Positions 36,718-45,197 of a DNA stretch of 64,000 nucleotides are shown here, one piece after another. The first letter of the stretch is position 1; every line of letters starts with the position of its first letter. The notes beneath the pieces are model-generated. The model saw only the letters and a list, made by a program, of their open reading frames with translations. It did not search any database and was not told the origin of the DNA. This DNA is from Kiloniellales bacterium (GTDB taxonomy: Bacteria > Pseudomonadota > Alphaproteobacteria > Kiloniellales > JAKSBE01): assembly GCA_028282935.1 (NCBI GenBank), contig JANQGU010000036.1, forward strand, positions 1,406 to 65,405, in the 5' to 3' direction. Both the position numbers and the translations under genes were made by a program.

Positions 36718-36783
36718 CTTAAGCCGCTGTTAGCCTGCCGTTCAGCGGCCGTTAGTCCGCTGTTAATCTGGCGTTAATGTGCC
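36718..36783 (+). promoter_or_regulatory. Six phased 11-bp GTTA direct repeats (copy 2) between alpha-CA and the histidine-kinase operon
   Basis: cttaagccgct gttagcctgcc gttcagcggcc gttagtccgct gttaatctggc gttaatgtgcc; array ends 32 nt before HK ATG; TATAGA at 36801-36806. Confidence 0.6.
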
Positions 36784-36814
36784 GTGGCGGGGACCGCTGC
36801 TATAGATTGCAACC

Positions 36815-38401
36815 ATGTTCAAGACCAAGCTCATGCTGGCCGTCGCCGGCCTTCTGACCTTCGTCTTCCTCCTGGCGGGCCTGCTCTACTGGAGCGTGAA
36901 CCAGACCAACGATCAGGTGTCCCGGATCCAGCTGGCGCACGCCGAGCTCGAGAGCTATCTCTCGCTTTCGGCCGAGACCTACCGGCTGTTCAAGCAGTTC
37001 CGCCGGATCATGCTCGGCGACGGCAGCGCGGACATCGATGTCGTCGCCGAGGATCGAGCGCGCCTCGAAGACCGCATTCGCCAGCTGCGGGCGCAGATCG
37101 CCGAGGAGACCGCCTTCGTGTCCTCGGGCCGGGAACGGCAGGTCGAGCGGATCGAGTTGCGGCGCCTGGAGGCGCTGACCGGCGAGATTCAGCAGGCGCT
37201 CGACGATGTCGGGCTTGCGCAGCGGCTGCTTCGGGCCGGTCGGCGCGAGGAGGCCGTGATCCTCCTGTCCGAGGTCCTGGAGGTGGGCATCGACCAAAGG
37301 GTCCGCGGCTTGATCGACACGGCCGTGGCCGACGAACGCAGGCAGGTCGCCGCGGCCGAGGAGAGGGTGCGCCGTCTGACCCGTCAGCTGGAGACGGTCG
37401 CGGAGATCGCGGCCGCGCTGGCCGCCGCCTTCGCGCTGCTCGGGGCGACCCTGCTGCTGCGACGCCTCGGCCAGCCGATCGATCAGTTGACCAAGGGCAC
37501 GCAGAAGCTCGCCGCCGGCGAGCTCTCGCATCGGATCGAGGCCAGCGGACGCGACGAGTTCGCGCAACTGGCCCGGCGTTTCAACAGCATGGCAGCCGAC
37601 CTGGAGCGCCAGCGCAGGCAGCTGGAAGACGCGCGCAACACCCTGGAAGCCAAGGTCGAGGAGCGGACCGACGAACTCCGCCAGGCCAACGAGGAGCTGC
37701 AGCAGACCGATCGCATTCGCCAGCGCTTCTTCGCCGAGATCAGCCACGAGCTGCGCACGCCCCTGACGGTCCTGCGCGGTGAGGGCGAGGTCTCGCTTCT
37801 GGGGAGGGGGAGACCGGCCGAGAGCTACAAGGCCTCGATCGCCCGTATGGTCGATCAGACGGAGCACCTCTCGCGTCTGGTCGACGACCTCTTTCTCATG
37901 GCCCGCTCCAGCGCCGGCGTCGCCGACCTGAAGCGCAAGGAGGTCGACGTCTCCGACCTGCTGAACAAGACCTGCGACGACATGGCGGTGGTCGCCGAGT
38001 CGGCGGGGCTGCAGCTCTCGGTGCGGGGCACGGAGGCGCCGACCAAGGTCATGGGCGATCAGGGCCGTCTGCGCCAGCTCCTCTTCATCCTGCTGGACAA
38101 CGCGCTGCGCTATGGACGCCCGGGCGACCGCATCGACGCGGATCTGACCGCCGGCGGTACTGCCGCCGTGATCCGGGTTCGGGACAGCGGGCCCGGCATC
38201 GCGCAAGAGGACCTGGATCGAGTCTTCGACCGCTTCTACCGCGGCACGGCGGCCCGCAAGGCCTCGCCCGACGGCTCCGGCCTGGGCTTGCCGCTGGCCA
38301 AGTCGATCGTCGATGCCCACGGCGGCAAGATCGGGCTGGACAGCAAGGGCGGACAAGGCACTCTGGTGACGGTAACCCTTCCGATTGCGGCGGCGGCGTG
38401 A
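36815..38401 (+). CDS. Sensor histidine kinase (2 TM, HAMP, HisKA, HATPase)
   Basis: 528 aa; H-box ISHELRTPLT; G1 DSGPGI; G2 GSGLGLPLAK. Confidence 0.9.
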   Translation: MFKTKLMLAVAGLLTFVFLLAGLLYWSVNQTNDQVSRIQLAHAELESYLSLSAETYRLFKQFRRIMLGDGSADIDVVAEDRARLEDRIRQLRAQIAEETAFVSSGRERQVERIELRRLEALTGEIQQALDDVGLAQRLLRAGRREEAVILLSEVLEVGIDQRVRGLIDTAVADERRQVAAAEERVRRLTRQLETVAEIAAALAAAFALLGATLLLRRLGQPIDQLTKGTQKLAAGELSHRIEASGRDEFAQLARRFNSMAADLERQRRQLEDARNTLEAKVEERTDELRQANEELQQTDRIRQRFFAEISHELRTPLTVLRGEGEVSLLGRGRPAESYKASIARMVDQTEHLSRLVDDLFLMARSSAGVADLKRKEVDVSDLLNKTCDDMAVVAESAGLQLSVRGTEAPTKVMGDQGRLRQLLFILLDNALRYGRPGDRIDADLTAGGTAAVIRVRDSGPGIAQEDLDRVFDRFYRGTAARKASPDGSGLGLPLAKSIVDAHGGKIGLDSKGGQGTLVTVTLPIAAAA

Positions 38402-39078
38402 GCATTCTCCTGATCGAAGACGACGAGCGAATCGTCGAGTTTCTGAAGCGTGGCCTCGGCGAGCAGGGGCACGCCGTCGAGGTCGCGATGACGGGGTCGG
38501 AGGGACTGGAGAGGGGCCGCCAAGAGGCCTACTCCCTGATCATCCTCGACGTCATGCTCCCGGAGCTCGACGGCCACGAGGTCTGCCAGGAACTGCGCCT
38601 GGCCGGGATCCGCACGCCGATCCTGATGCTGACTGCGATGGACGGCCTGGACGACGTGATCACGGGCCTGCGCCTGGGCGCGGACGACTACATGACCAAG
38701 CCCTTCTCCTTTCGCGAGCTATTGGCCCGCATCGAGGCGCTGCTGCGCCGTGGCGGCGACTACGAGGCGAAGCCCTCGGTCCTCGAGGTCCAGGACATCT
38801 CCTTTGACCGCGACTCCCTCGAAGTGTCGCGCGCCGGGCGGGCGATCGAGCTGACCTCCAAGGAACTGGCGCTGCTGGAGCTTCTGCTGACCAGTGCCGG
38901 CAAGGTGGTCAGCCGGGCCCAGATCCTGGAGACCGTCTGGGGCAGCAGCAACGACCCCCTGACCAACATCGTCGAGGTCTACATCCGGCGCCTGCGCGCC
39001 AAGATCGACGACGGCAGCGACAATCCCCTCATCACCACCATCCGCGGCCGCGGTTACCGGCTGGAGGCCAAGGCCTAA
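38398..39078 (+). CDS. OmpR/PhoB-family response regulator
   Basis: 226 aa; GTGA overlap with kinase; receiver (LIILDVMLP) plus winged helix (VEVYIRRLRAKI...RGRGYRL). Confidence 0.92.
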   Translation: MSILLIEDDERIVEFLKRGLGEQGHAVEVAMTGSEGLERGRQEAYSLIILDVMLPELDGHEVCQELRLAGIRTPILMLTAMDGLDDVITGLRLGADDYMTKPFSFRELLARIEALLRRGGDYEAKPSVLEVQDISFDRDSLEVSRAGRAIELTSKELALLELLLTSAGKVVSRAQILETVWGSSNDPLTNIVEVYIRRLRAKIDDGSDNPLITTIRGRGYRLEAKA

Positions 39079-39241
39079 CCTCTACGGCCGGAGCCGCTAT
39101 GCGGTCGGCCATCGCCGGGCATCACAAGCGTTGCGCGGCCTTCGGCCTTTGCCTAAACCTGCCGGTGACGCGATGCGCCGCGGCGGGGGAAGCGCCCGAG
39201 CGACAAGGGCCGGCCCGGCGCCGTCCGAAAGGGAGGTGATC

Positions 39242-40306
39242 ATGGTCTTCATGGGACGACGGACTGCGGCACGCCGGCTGCTCGGCGTTCTCTTCGCCTT
39301 GGCCTTGGTCGGCCTGGGCCCGGCAACGGCGGCGCGGGCGGCGGAGAAGGTGACGGTCGCGGCGCTGACCTTCGTGTCGTCCTCGCCGCTGTTCATCGCC
39401 TACGAGAAGGGCTACTTCGCCGAGGCCGGGCTGGAGGTCGAGTTCAAGTTCTTCCGGGCGGCGCAGCCGGTCGCGGTGGCCATCGCCGCGGGCGACGCCG
39501 ACTTCGGGGTCACCGCCTTCACCGCCGGCTTCTTCAACCTGGCGGGCAAGGGCGCGCTCAAGGTGATCGGCGCCCAGCTGCACGAGCGCGCCGGCTACGA
39601 CGGCTCGGCGATCCTGGTCTCCAACAAGGCGCACGCGGCCGGCTTCACCTCGGTCGAGAAGTTCCCCGGCCATTCCTTCGCCATGACCCAGGTCGGCTCC
39701 TCCTTCCACTACATGATCGGACGGGTCTCGGAAGCCGCCGGCTTCCCGCTCGACCAGGTCACGCTGAAGCCCCTGCAGGCCGTGCCCAACATGATCGGCG
39801 CGCTGAAGAGCGGCCAGGTCGACGCCATGATCATCGTGCCGCACATCGCCAAGCCGCTGGAGGCGGCCGGCGCCGCCAGGATCATCGGCTGGGTGCGCGA
39901 CTACGCGCCCTACCAGGTCGGCGGGCTCTTCACCTCGTCGCGCAACGTCGCCGAGCGGCCGGAACTCGTGCGCGCCTTCGCCGAGGCCTACCGCAAGGGA
40001 GCCGGGGACTACGCCGCGGCCTTCCTGGCCCGCGATGCCGAGGGCAAGCCGGTCGTCTCGAAGACCACCGAGGAGACGCTCGCCCTGATCCACCGCTACG
40101 TCTACAAGGACAACCCGCCGGAGAAGGCCTTTCCGAAGATCCGCAACGGCGCCATGTACATCGACGCCGAGGCCAGGCTGGACGTGGCCGACGTCCACGA
40201 GCAGGTGCGCTGGTACCAGGACAAGGGCCTGGTCGACGCCGACGTCGACCCGGCGAAGATCATCGACACCGGCTTCCTGCCCGCCCTGCCGGGCAGCGAG
40301 AGGTAG
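39242..40306 (+). CDS. ABC transporter substrate-binding protein (NMT1/NitT-TauT type)
   Basis: 354 aa from ATG 39242 (GGGAGG SD); signal peptide with AARAA|E. Confidence 0.8.
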   Translation: MVFMGRRTAARRLLGVLFALALVGLGPATAARAAEKVTVAALTFVSSSPLFIAYEKGYFAEAGLEVEFKFFRAAQPVAVAIAAGDADFGVTAFTAGFFNLAGKGALKVIGAQLHERAGYDGSAILVSNKAHAAGFTSVEKFPGHSFAMTQVGSSFHYMIGRVSEAAGFPLDQVTLKPLQAVPNMIGALKSGQVDAMIIVPHIAKPLEAAGAARIIGWVRDYAPYQVGGLFTSSRNVAERPELVRAFAEAYRKGAGDYAAAFLARDAEGKPVVSKTTEETLALIHRYVYKDNPPEKAFPKIRNGAMYIDAEARLDVADVHEQVRWYQDKGLVDADVDPAKIIDTGFLPALPGSER

Positions 40307-40331
40307 CGGCCCGGGCGCGGGCGCGCCTGCG

Positions 40332-41132
40332 ATGCGGCTGGAGGTCAGCCAGGTCGGCCACCGCTTCGACGATCTTGTGGTCCTCGAGGGGATCGAGCTC
40401 TCGGTCGAGGCCGGCGAGGTGCTGGCTCTGATCGGGCCGTCGGGCTGCGGCAAGTCGACCCTGCTGTCGATCCTGGGCGGCCTGCTGAAGCCCAGCAGCG
40501 GGGCGGTCTTCCGCGAGGGCGAGCTGCCCGAGGGCTGTCTGGTGCCGATGACCTACGTCTTCCAGGACTTCGCCCTGCTGCCCTGGCGCAGCGTCGAAGG
40601 CAATGTCCAACTGGTGCTGGAAGACCAGCCCCTGACGCCGGCCGAGCGCGGCGACCGGGTCGCCGAGGTGCTGGGGCTGACCGGGCTCGGCGACTTCAGG
40701 GCCGCCTATCCCCGGCAGCTTTCGGGCGGCATGCGCCAGCGCCTGGGCATCGCCCGCGCCCTGGCGGTGCGGCCCGCGGTGCTGCTGATGGACGAGCCGC
40801 TCTCGGCCCTGGACGCCCAGACCCGCAGCCTGCTGCTCGAGGAGTTCGCGGCGCTCTTCGCCCGGACCCGGGCGACCGCGGTCTACGTGACCCATAACCT
40901 CTCCGAGGCCCTGCGCCTGGCCGACCGGGTGGCGGTGCTGTCGCGGCGGCCGGGCCGGCTCAAGGACCTGCTGGCGATCCCGGTACCGGCGGCCGAGCGC
41001 GCGGCCGGCGACCCGGCCTTGGCCGAGATCGAAGGACGGCTCTGGGAGCTGATCCGCGACGAGGCCGCCGCGGCCGACAAGGAGCTGGGCGACAGGAAGT
41101 TGAGCGACGGGGAGCTGGGCGATGGCGTCTGA
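40332..41132 (+). CDS. ABC transporter ATP-binding protein (NitT/TauT family)
   Basis: Walker A GPSGCGKS, signature LSGGMRQR, Walker B LLMDEP. Confidence 0.9.
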   Translation: MRLEVSQVGHRFDDLVVLEGIELSVEAGEVLALIGPSGCGKSTLLSILGGLLKPSSGAVFREGELPEGCLVPMTYVFQDFALLPWRSVEGNVQLVLEDQPLTPAERGDRVAEVLGLTGLGDFRAAYPRQLSGGMRQRLGIARALAVRPAVLLMDEPLSALDAQTRSLLLEEFAALFARTRATAVYVTHNLSEALRLADRVAVLSRRPGRLKDLLAIPVPAAERAAGDPALAEIEGRLWELIRDEAAAADKELGDRKLSDGELGDGV

Positions 41133-41928
41133 GCCGAGGCGGCTGAGCCGCGGGCCGGTGCCCTTTCGCGCCCGCGGCTTCGCGCCGCGCCTGCGGCCGC
41201 TGGCGGCCTGGGGCAGCTTCCTGGGCGCGATCCTGCTCTGGCAGGCCGGCTCGTCCAGCGGTGCGATCCCGGCCCTGGTCCTGCCCAGCCCCTGGGAGGT
41301 CCTGCAGGCGCTCTGGGCCCTGGCGGTCTCGGGCGAGCTCTGGCGCCATGTCGCGGCCTCGCTGCAGCGGCTGCTGGCCGGCTGGACCCTCGGCACCCTG
41401 GCGGGCCTTCTGGTCGGCCTCGCGGTCGGCATGTTCACCTGGGCGCGCTCGCCCGGCATCGCCTTCGTCTCGGCGCTCTTCCCGATCCCCAAGATCGCCC
41501 TGTTGCCGCTCTTCATCATCTGGTTCGGCATCGGCGAGCCCTCGAAGGTCGCGACCATCGCCTTCGGGGTCTTCTTTCCGACGGTGATCAACACCTTCGG
41601 CGGGGTCGACAACGTCTCGCGCAGCCTGATCCGCATGGGCCAGAGCTTCGACCTGCCGACCCGTTCCATCGTCCGCAAGATCGTCCTGCCGGGCGCCCTG
41701 CCGGCGATCCTCTCCGGCTTCCGGATCTCGGCCTCGATCGCGATCATCCTGTTGATCGCGGCCGAGATGATCGGCGCCGAGTACGGCGTCGGCGCCTTGG
41801 TCCTGGCCGCCGGCAACCTCTACCAGATCGATCAGCTCCTGGCCGGGGTGGTGGTCCTGTCGCTGCTCGGGCTCTGCGTCTCCGCCGTCCTGTCGCGGCT
41901 CGAGGCCTGGCTGCTGGCCTGGCGCTGA
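41122..41928 (+). CDS. ABC transporter permease (NitT/TauT family)
   Basis: 268 aa; 6-TM binding-protein-dependent transport inner-membrane domain; overlaps the ATPase gene end. Confidence 0.88.
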   Translation: MASEPRRLSRGPVPFRARGFAPRLRPLAAWGSFLGAILLWQAGSSSGAIPALVLPSPWEVLQALWALAVSGELWRHVAASLQRLLAGWTLGTLAGLLVGLAVGMFTWARSPGIAFVSALFPIPKIALLPLFIIWFGIGEPSKVATIAFGVFFPTVINTFGGVDNVSRSLIRMGQSFDLPTRSIVRKIVLPGALPAILSGFRISASIAIILLIAAEMIGAEYGVGALVLAAGNLYQIDQLLAGVVVLSLLGLCVSAVLSRLEAWLLAWR

Positions 41929-42012
41929 AAGATGGGCAGGCCAAGACACCGGCCGGCGCTCGCAGTGCCCGGCCGGGGCCCGTCCCAGGACAGCGGGTGC
42001 GGCTTGGCCTTG

Positions 42013-42486
42013 CTAATAGTCGTCGGGAAGGCGCGTTGCGTTGACCGCCTGGGCCAGGAAGCCGCGCACGCGCTCCCAGGTATCTCCGCCAAAATGGCCG
42101 ACGAAGCGGTTCTGGGCCTCCTGCCACAGAGGATACCCCCGTTTCAGCATGGACCGGCCTTCGGCGGTCAGCGAAAGATTGACGCTGCGCCGGCCTTCCC
42201 GGCTGACCTTCTCCACCAGCCCCTGGGCTTCCAGGGGCCGGAGGTTCCGGGCCAGGGTCGACGGGTCCATGACCATCTCGCGCGCCAGCCGGGCGATACT
42301 GGTGGGCTGTATCGCTCCGACCGCCACGAGGATCACGAACTGCGTCGAGCGCAGGCCCGTGGGCTCCAGGGATTCATCGAAGAACTGCGTGACGGCTCGT
42401 GTTGCTTTCCGGAAGTTTCCGCAAGCGCATTGTGTCGCTACCTGCACCAAGTCATCCGGACTTAACTGTTCCGGTAGATCCAGCAT
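42013..42486 (-). CDS. MarR family transcriptional regulator
   Basis: 157 aa; winged-HTH core LRSTQFVILVAV...IARLAREMVMDPSTLARNLRPLEAQGLV. Confidence 0.88.
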   Translation of the reverse strand: MLDLPEQLSPDDLVQVATQCACGNFRKATRAVTQFFDESLEPTGLRSTQFVILVAVGAIQPTSIARLAREMVMDPSTLARNLRPLEAQGLVEKVSREGRRSVNLSLTAEGRSMLKRGYPLWQEAQNRFVGHFGGDTWERVRGFLAQAVNATRLPDDY

Positions 42487-42727
42487 GGTCTGATATGCCC
42501 CTCTCTGCGAGCAATCTGAACCGCTGTCATGTTCTGAGACTTAGTCGTTTTTTGAGGCCCGGAACGTCTTGCTCCCGGCCCGGCCCAGTTATCTGCCCGC
42601 GACGGGGAGCTTAGCACCCATCGTGGCCCGAAACACAAACCAATGCTGGCTTCTGCAACCGATTGCGGCCCGCGCGTGACTTCTCTGCCACGGCAGCCGC
42701 GAAGTCCCCGGTTTGCAAGGCGTTGCG

Positions 42728-42802
42728 GGCTGCTCTATCTATATGAAATAGATCAAATTATCCCCGTTCAATCGATTCCGATTGAGCGGGGTTTGATCTA
42801 GG
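42728..42802. repeat. Palindromic repeat element, copy A (most complete)
   Basis: ggctgctctatctatatgaaa + nested palindrome TAGATCAAA(42749-57)...CCCCGTTCAATCG attc CGATTGAGCGGGG...TTTGATCTA(42792-800); related copies at 46034-46068 and 60435-60528. Confidence 0.7.
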
Positions 42803-42840
42803 ATCGCCACCAAACGGGTCATGATCGGCGATCCTTGGCC

Positions 42841-43722
42841 TTAGACCGCGTTCAGCGGGATCTTGAGGTAGGCGATACCGTTGTCTTCCGGCGGCGGGAA
42901 GCGGCCGGCGCGCAGGTTCACCTGGACCGAGGGCAGGATCAGCGCCGGCATCTGGAGCGTCTTGTCGCGGCCCTCGCGCAGGGCCACGAAGGCGGCCTCT
43001 TCGATGCCGTCGTGCAGATGGATGTTCCCTTCCCGCTGCGCGGCGACCGTGGTCTCCCAGGCGTAGTGATCGCGGCCCGGCGCCTTGTAGTCGTGGCAGA
43101 GGAACATCCGGGTCTCCGGCGGCAGGGCGAAGAGCCTCCGGATCGAGCGGTAGAGGGTCGCCGCGTCGCCGCCAGGGAAGTCGGTGCGGGCGCTGCCGTA
43201 GTCGGGCATGAAGATCGTGTCGCCGACGAAGGCCGCGTCTCCGATCAGGTAGGTGACGCAGACCGGCGTATGCCCCGGCGTCGCCAGGACCCTGGCTTCC
43301 AGCGCCCCGATCCGGAAGCGCTCGCCGTCGGCGAAGAGGTGGTCGAAGTCGGATCCGTCGGCCGCGAAGCCGGGGCCGAGGTTGAACAGCGCCTTGAAGG
43401 TCTCCTGGACCTCGGTGATCCGGGTGCCGATGCCGCTGCGTCCGCCGAGCTGCCGCTTCAGGTAGGCCGCCGCGGTCATGTGGTCGGCGTGCAGGTGGGT
43501 CTCCAGAATCCAGTCGACGCTCAACGACCGTTCCCGCAGGTAGGCGATGATCGCGTCGGCGCTGCGGGTGCCGCTGCGCGCGGACTTCGGATCGAAGTCG
43601 AGCACCGAATCGATGACCGCGGCGCGGCCGCCCTCGGGCTCTGAGACGACGTAGGACACCGTGAAGGTGTCCTCGTCGAAAAAGGCTTTGACCCGCGGGC
43701 CCATGTCCTTTCCCTTGGGCAT
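42841..43722 (-). CDS. MBL-fold metallo-hydrolase (glyoxalase II / persulfide dioxygenase-like)
   Basis: 293 aa from ATG 43722 (AAGGGAGA SD); metal motif THLHADH; TPGHTP. Confidence 0.82.
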   Translation of the reverse strand: MPKGKDMGPRVKAFFDEDTFTVSYVVSEPEGGRAAVIDSVLDFDPKSARSGTRSADAIIAYLRERSLSVDWILETHLHADHMTAAAYLKRQLGGRSGIGTRITEVQETFKALFNLGPGFAADGSDFDHLFADGERFRIGALEARVLATPGHTPVCVTYLIGDAAFVGDTIFMPDYGSARTDFPGGDAATLYRSIRRLFALPPETRMFLCHDYKAPGRDHYAWETTVAAQREGNIHLHDGIEEAAFVALREGRDKTLQMPALILPSVQVNLRAGRFPPPEDNGIAYLKIPLNAV

Positions 43723-43816
43723 GTCATCTCCCTTGGGGCGGTGCCTCGGCCGGAGCGGCCGGATGTGACCTGATAGCAGATGGCCGGCTGGACGGCCAAG
43801 CGGGGAGGGCAGGGCC

Positions 43817-44383
43817 GTGGCCTCGGACGACGGGCTTCGCGTATTCGGATTCGCCGGCAGCTTGCGGCAAGGCTCGCTCAACAGGGCGCTGCTGTCGGCG
43901 GCGCGGGAACTGGCGCCGGCCGGGATGGCGATCGAGATCTTCGACCTGGCCGGTGTGCCGCTCTACGACGAGGACCTGCGCCAGGCCGGCCTGCCGGAGG
44001 CCGTCGCCGCGCTGCGGGCGGGTATCGCCGCAGCGGACGCCGTGCTGATCGCGACGCCGGAGTACAACTTCTCCTTCTCGGGCGTGGTCAAGAACGCCAT
44101 CGACTGGGCCTCCCGGCCGCCGGATCAGCCCTTCGAGGGCAAGCCCATCGCGATCCTCGGCGCCAGCCCCAGCCGGCTGGGCACGGCCCGGGCGCAGTAC
44201 CAGCTTCGGCAGTGCTTCATCTATCTGGACGGCCGGGTCATGAACCGCCCCGAGATGATGCTCGGCGACGCCCGCCAGGCCTTCGACGACACCGGCCGTC
44301 TTGCCGACGTAAGGGCGCGCGAGCAGCTCGCCGGCTTCCTCGCGGCCTTGGCCGCGTTCTCACGGGAACGCGGTCCGGCCTAG
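43817..44383 (+). CDS. NADPH-dependent FMN reductase family protein
   Basis: 188 aa from GTG 43817; FGFAGSLRQGSLN and ATPEYNFS motifs. Confidence 0.85.
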   Translation: MASDDGLRVFGFAGSLRQGSLNRALLSAARELAPAGMAIEIFDLAGVPLYDEDLRQAGLPEAVAALRAGIAAADAVLIATPEYNFSFSGVVKNAIDWASRPPDQPFEGKPIAILGASPSRLGTARAQYQLRQCFIYLDGRVMNRPEMMLGDARQAFDDTGRLADVRAREQLAGFLAALAAFSRERGPA

Positions 44384-44393
44384 AGCCTGGGGA

Positions 44394-45107
44394 TCAGGAC
44401 TTGGCCTTGGGGAAGGGGCGCCAGCCGCGCAGGATGGCCTGGTCGTCGCTGCAGAACATGCGCTCGCCCCGGCTCGGGTCGATCTTGATGGCATCGTAGC
44501 CTTCGTCCGAGGGCACGTAGAAGACCCGCTGGTCCTTTTCGTTGATGGTGCCTTTGATCACGCAGTACTGCGTGTCCTCGGCCTCGCCGGGCAGGCGGAC
44601 GCCGTCGCGCCAGGAGGCGGGCGCGACGAAGTCGCCGCGCCAGATGCCGAACTTGGCGTCCTTGGCGCTGTTCTGGGCCGCTTGCAGGGGCGACGGCGCT
44701 TCCGGAAGGGCGATGGCGTAGCCTTGCTGCAGCAGGGCGACCGCGATGTCCTTGTCGTCCACGCTGCAATTCGCCTTGGCGGTCTTTGGCTCGGACTCCA
44801 CGGCCTCGCAGACGACCTTGCCGAAGGCGATCAGCTTGCGCAGCGCCAGGGCCGCTTCCAGCCCGCAGCGCCAGGACTTGCCGTCGTTGAAACAGCGCTG
44901 GCCCAGCTCGGGCGCATCGATCCCGGCGAGCTGCACCAGTTCGCCGTCGACGACCAGGGTGTCGCCGTCGATCACCGGATTGGCCTCCTTCGCGCGGAGT
45001 CCGACGTCGCCGTACGACAGCAACAGCCCTCCGGCGGCCGCGACGATCGGCAAAAGCAGCTTCAGTACCGGCCTGGACAAGGCGTTTCCTCGACGGTTTC
45101 CGATCAC
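44394..45107 (-). CDS. Thermonuclease (SNase) family protein with C-terminal sunset-like domain
   Basis: 237 aa from GTG 45107; N-terminal anchor; DGDTL...LAGIDAPE SNase core; C-terminal IKGTINEKDQRVFYVP...FCSDDQAILRGWRP. Confidence 0.78.
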   Translation of the reverse strand: MIGNRRGNALSRPVLKLLLPIVAAAGGLLLSYGDVGLRAKEANPVIDGDTLVVDGELVQLAGIDAPELGQRCFNDGKSWRCGLEAALALRKLIAFGKVVCEAVESEPKTAKANCSVDDKDIAVALLQQGYAIALPEAPSPLQAAQNSAKDAKFGIWRGDFVAPASWRDGVRLPGEAEDTQYCVIKGTINEKDQRVFYVPSDEGYDAIKIDPSRGERMFCSDDQAILRGWRPFPKAKS

Positions 45108-45197
45108 TACCTATTAGCAGGTGGCGCGACCGTAAAGGAAATGTCGTGTTTTTTTTGTGATATTTGTTACCCCTGTTTTCCCGGAGGCAGCGTTTAG

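Larger units (their letters stand above)
35812..36784. repeat. Segmental direct repeat, copy 2 (intact alpha-CA locus plus upstream region)
   Basis: See copy 1; same orientation, 8.3 kb downstream. Confidence 0.85.

Noticed and set aside
41083-41125. ELGD-encoding sequence repeat at the ABC ATPase C-terminus
   Set aside because: Two short imperfect copies within a coding tail that overlaps the permease start. This is ordinary low-complexity sequence.
42490-42727. Possible sRNA or terminator (T-run at 42553-42560) in the AT-richer marR upstream region
   Set aside because: No stable hairpin precedes the T-run on either strand. The region is more simply the marR promoter/operator region.
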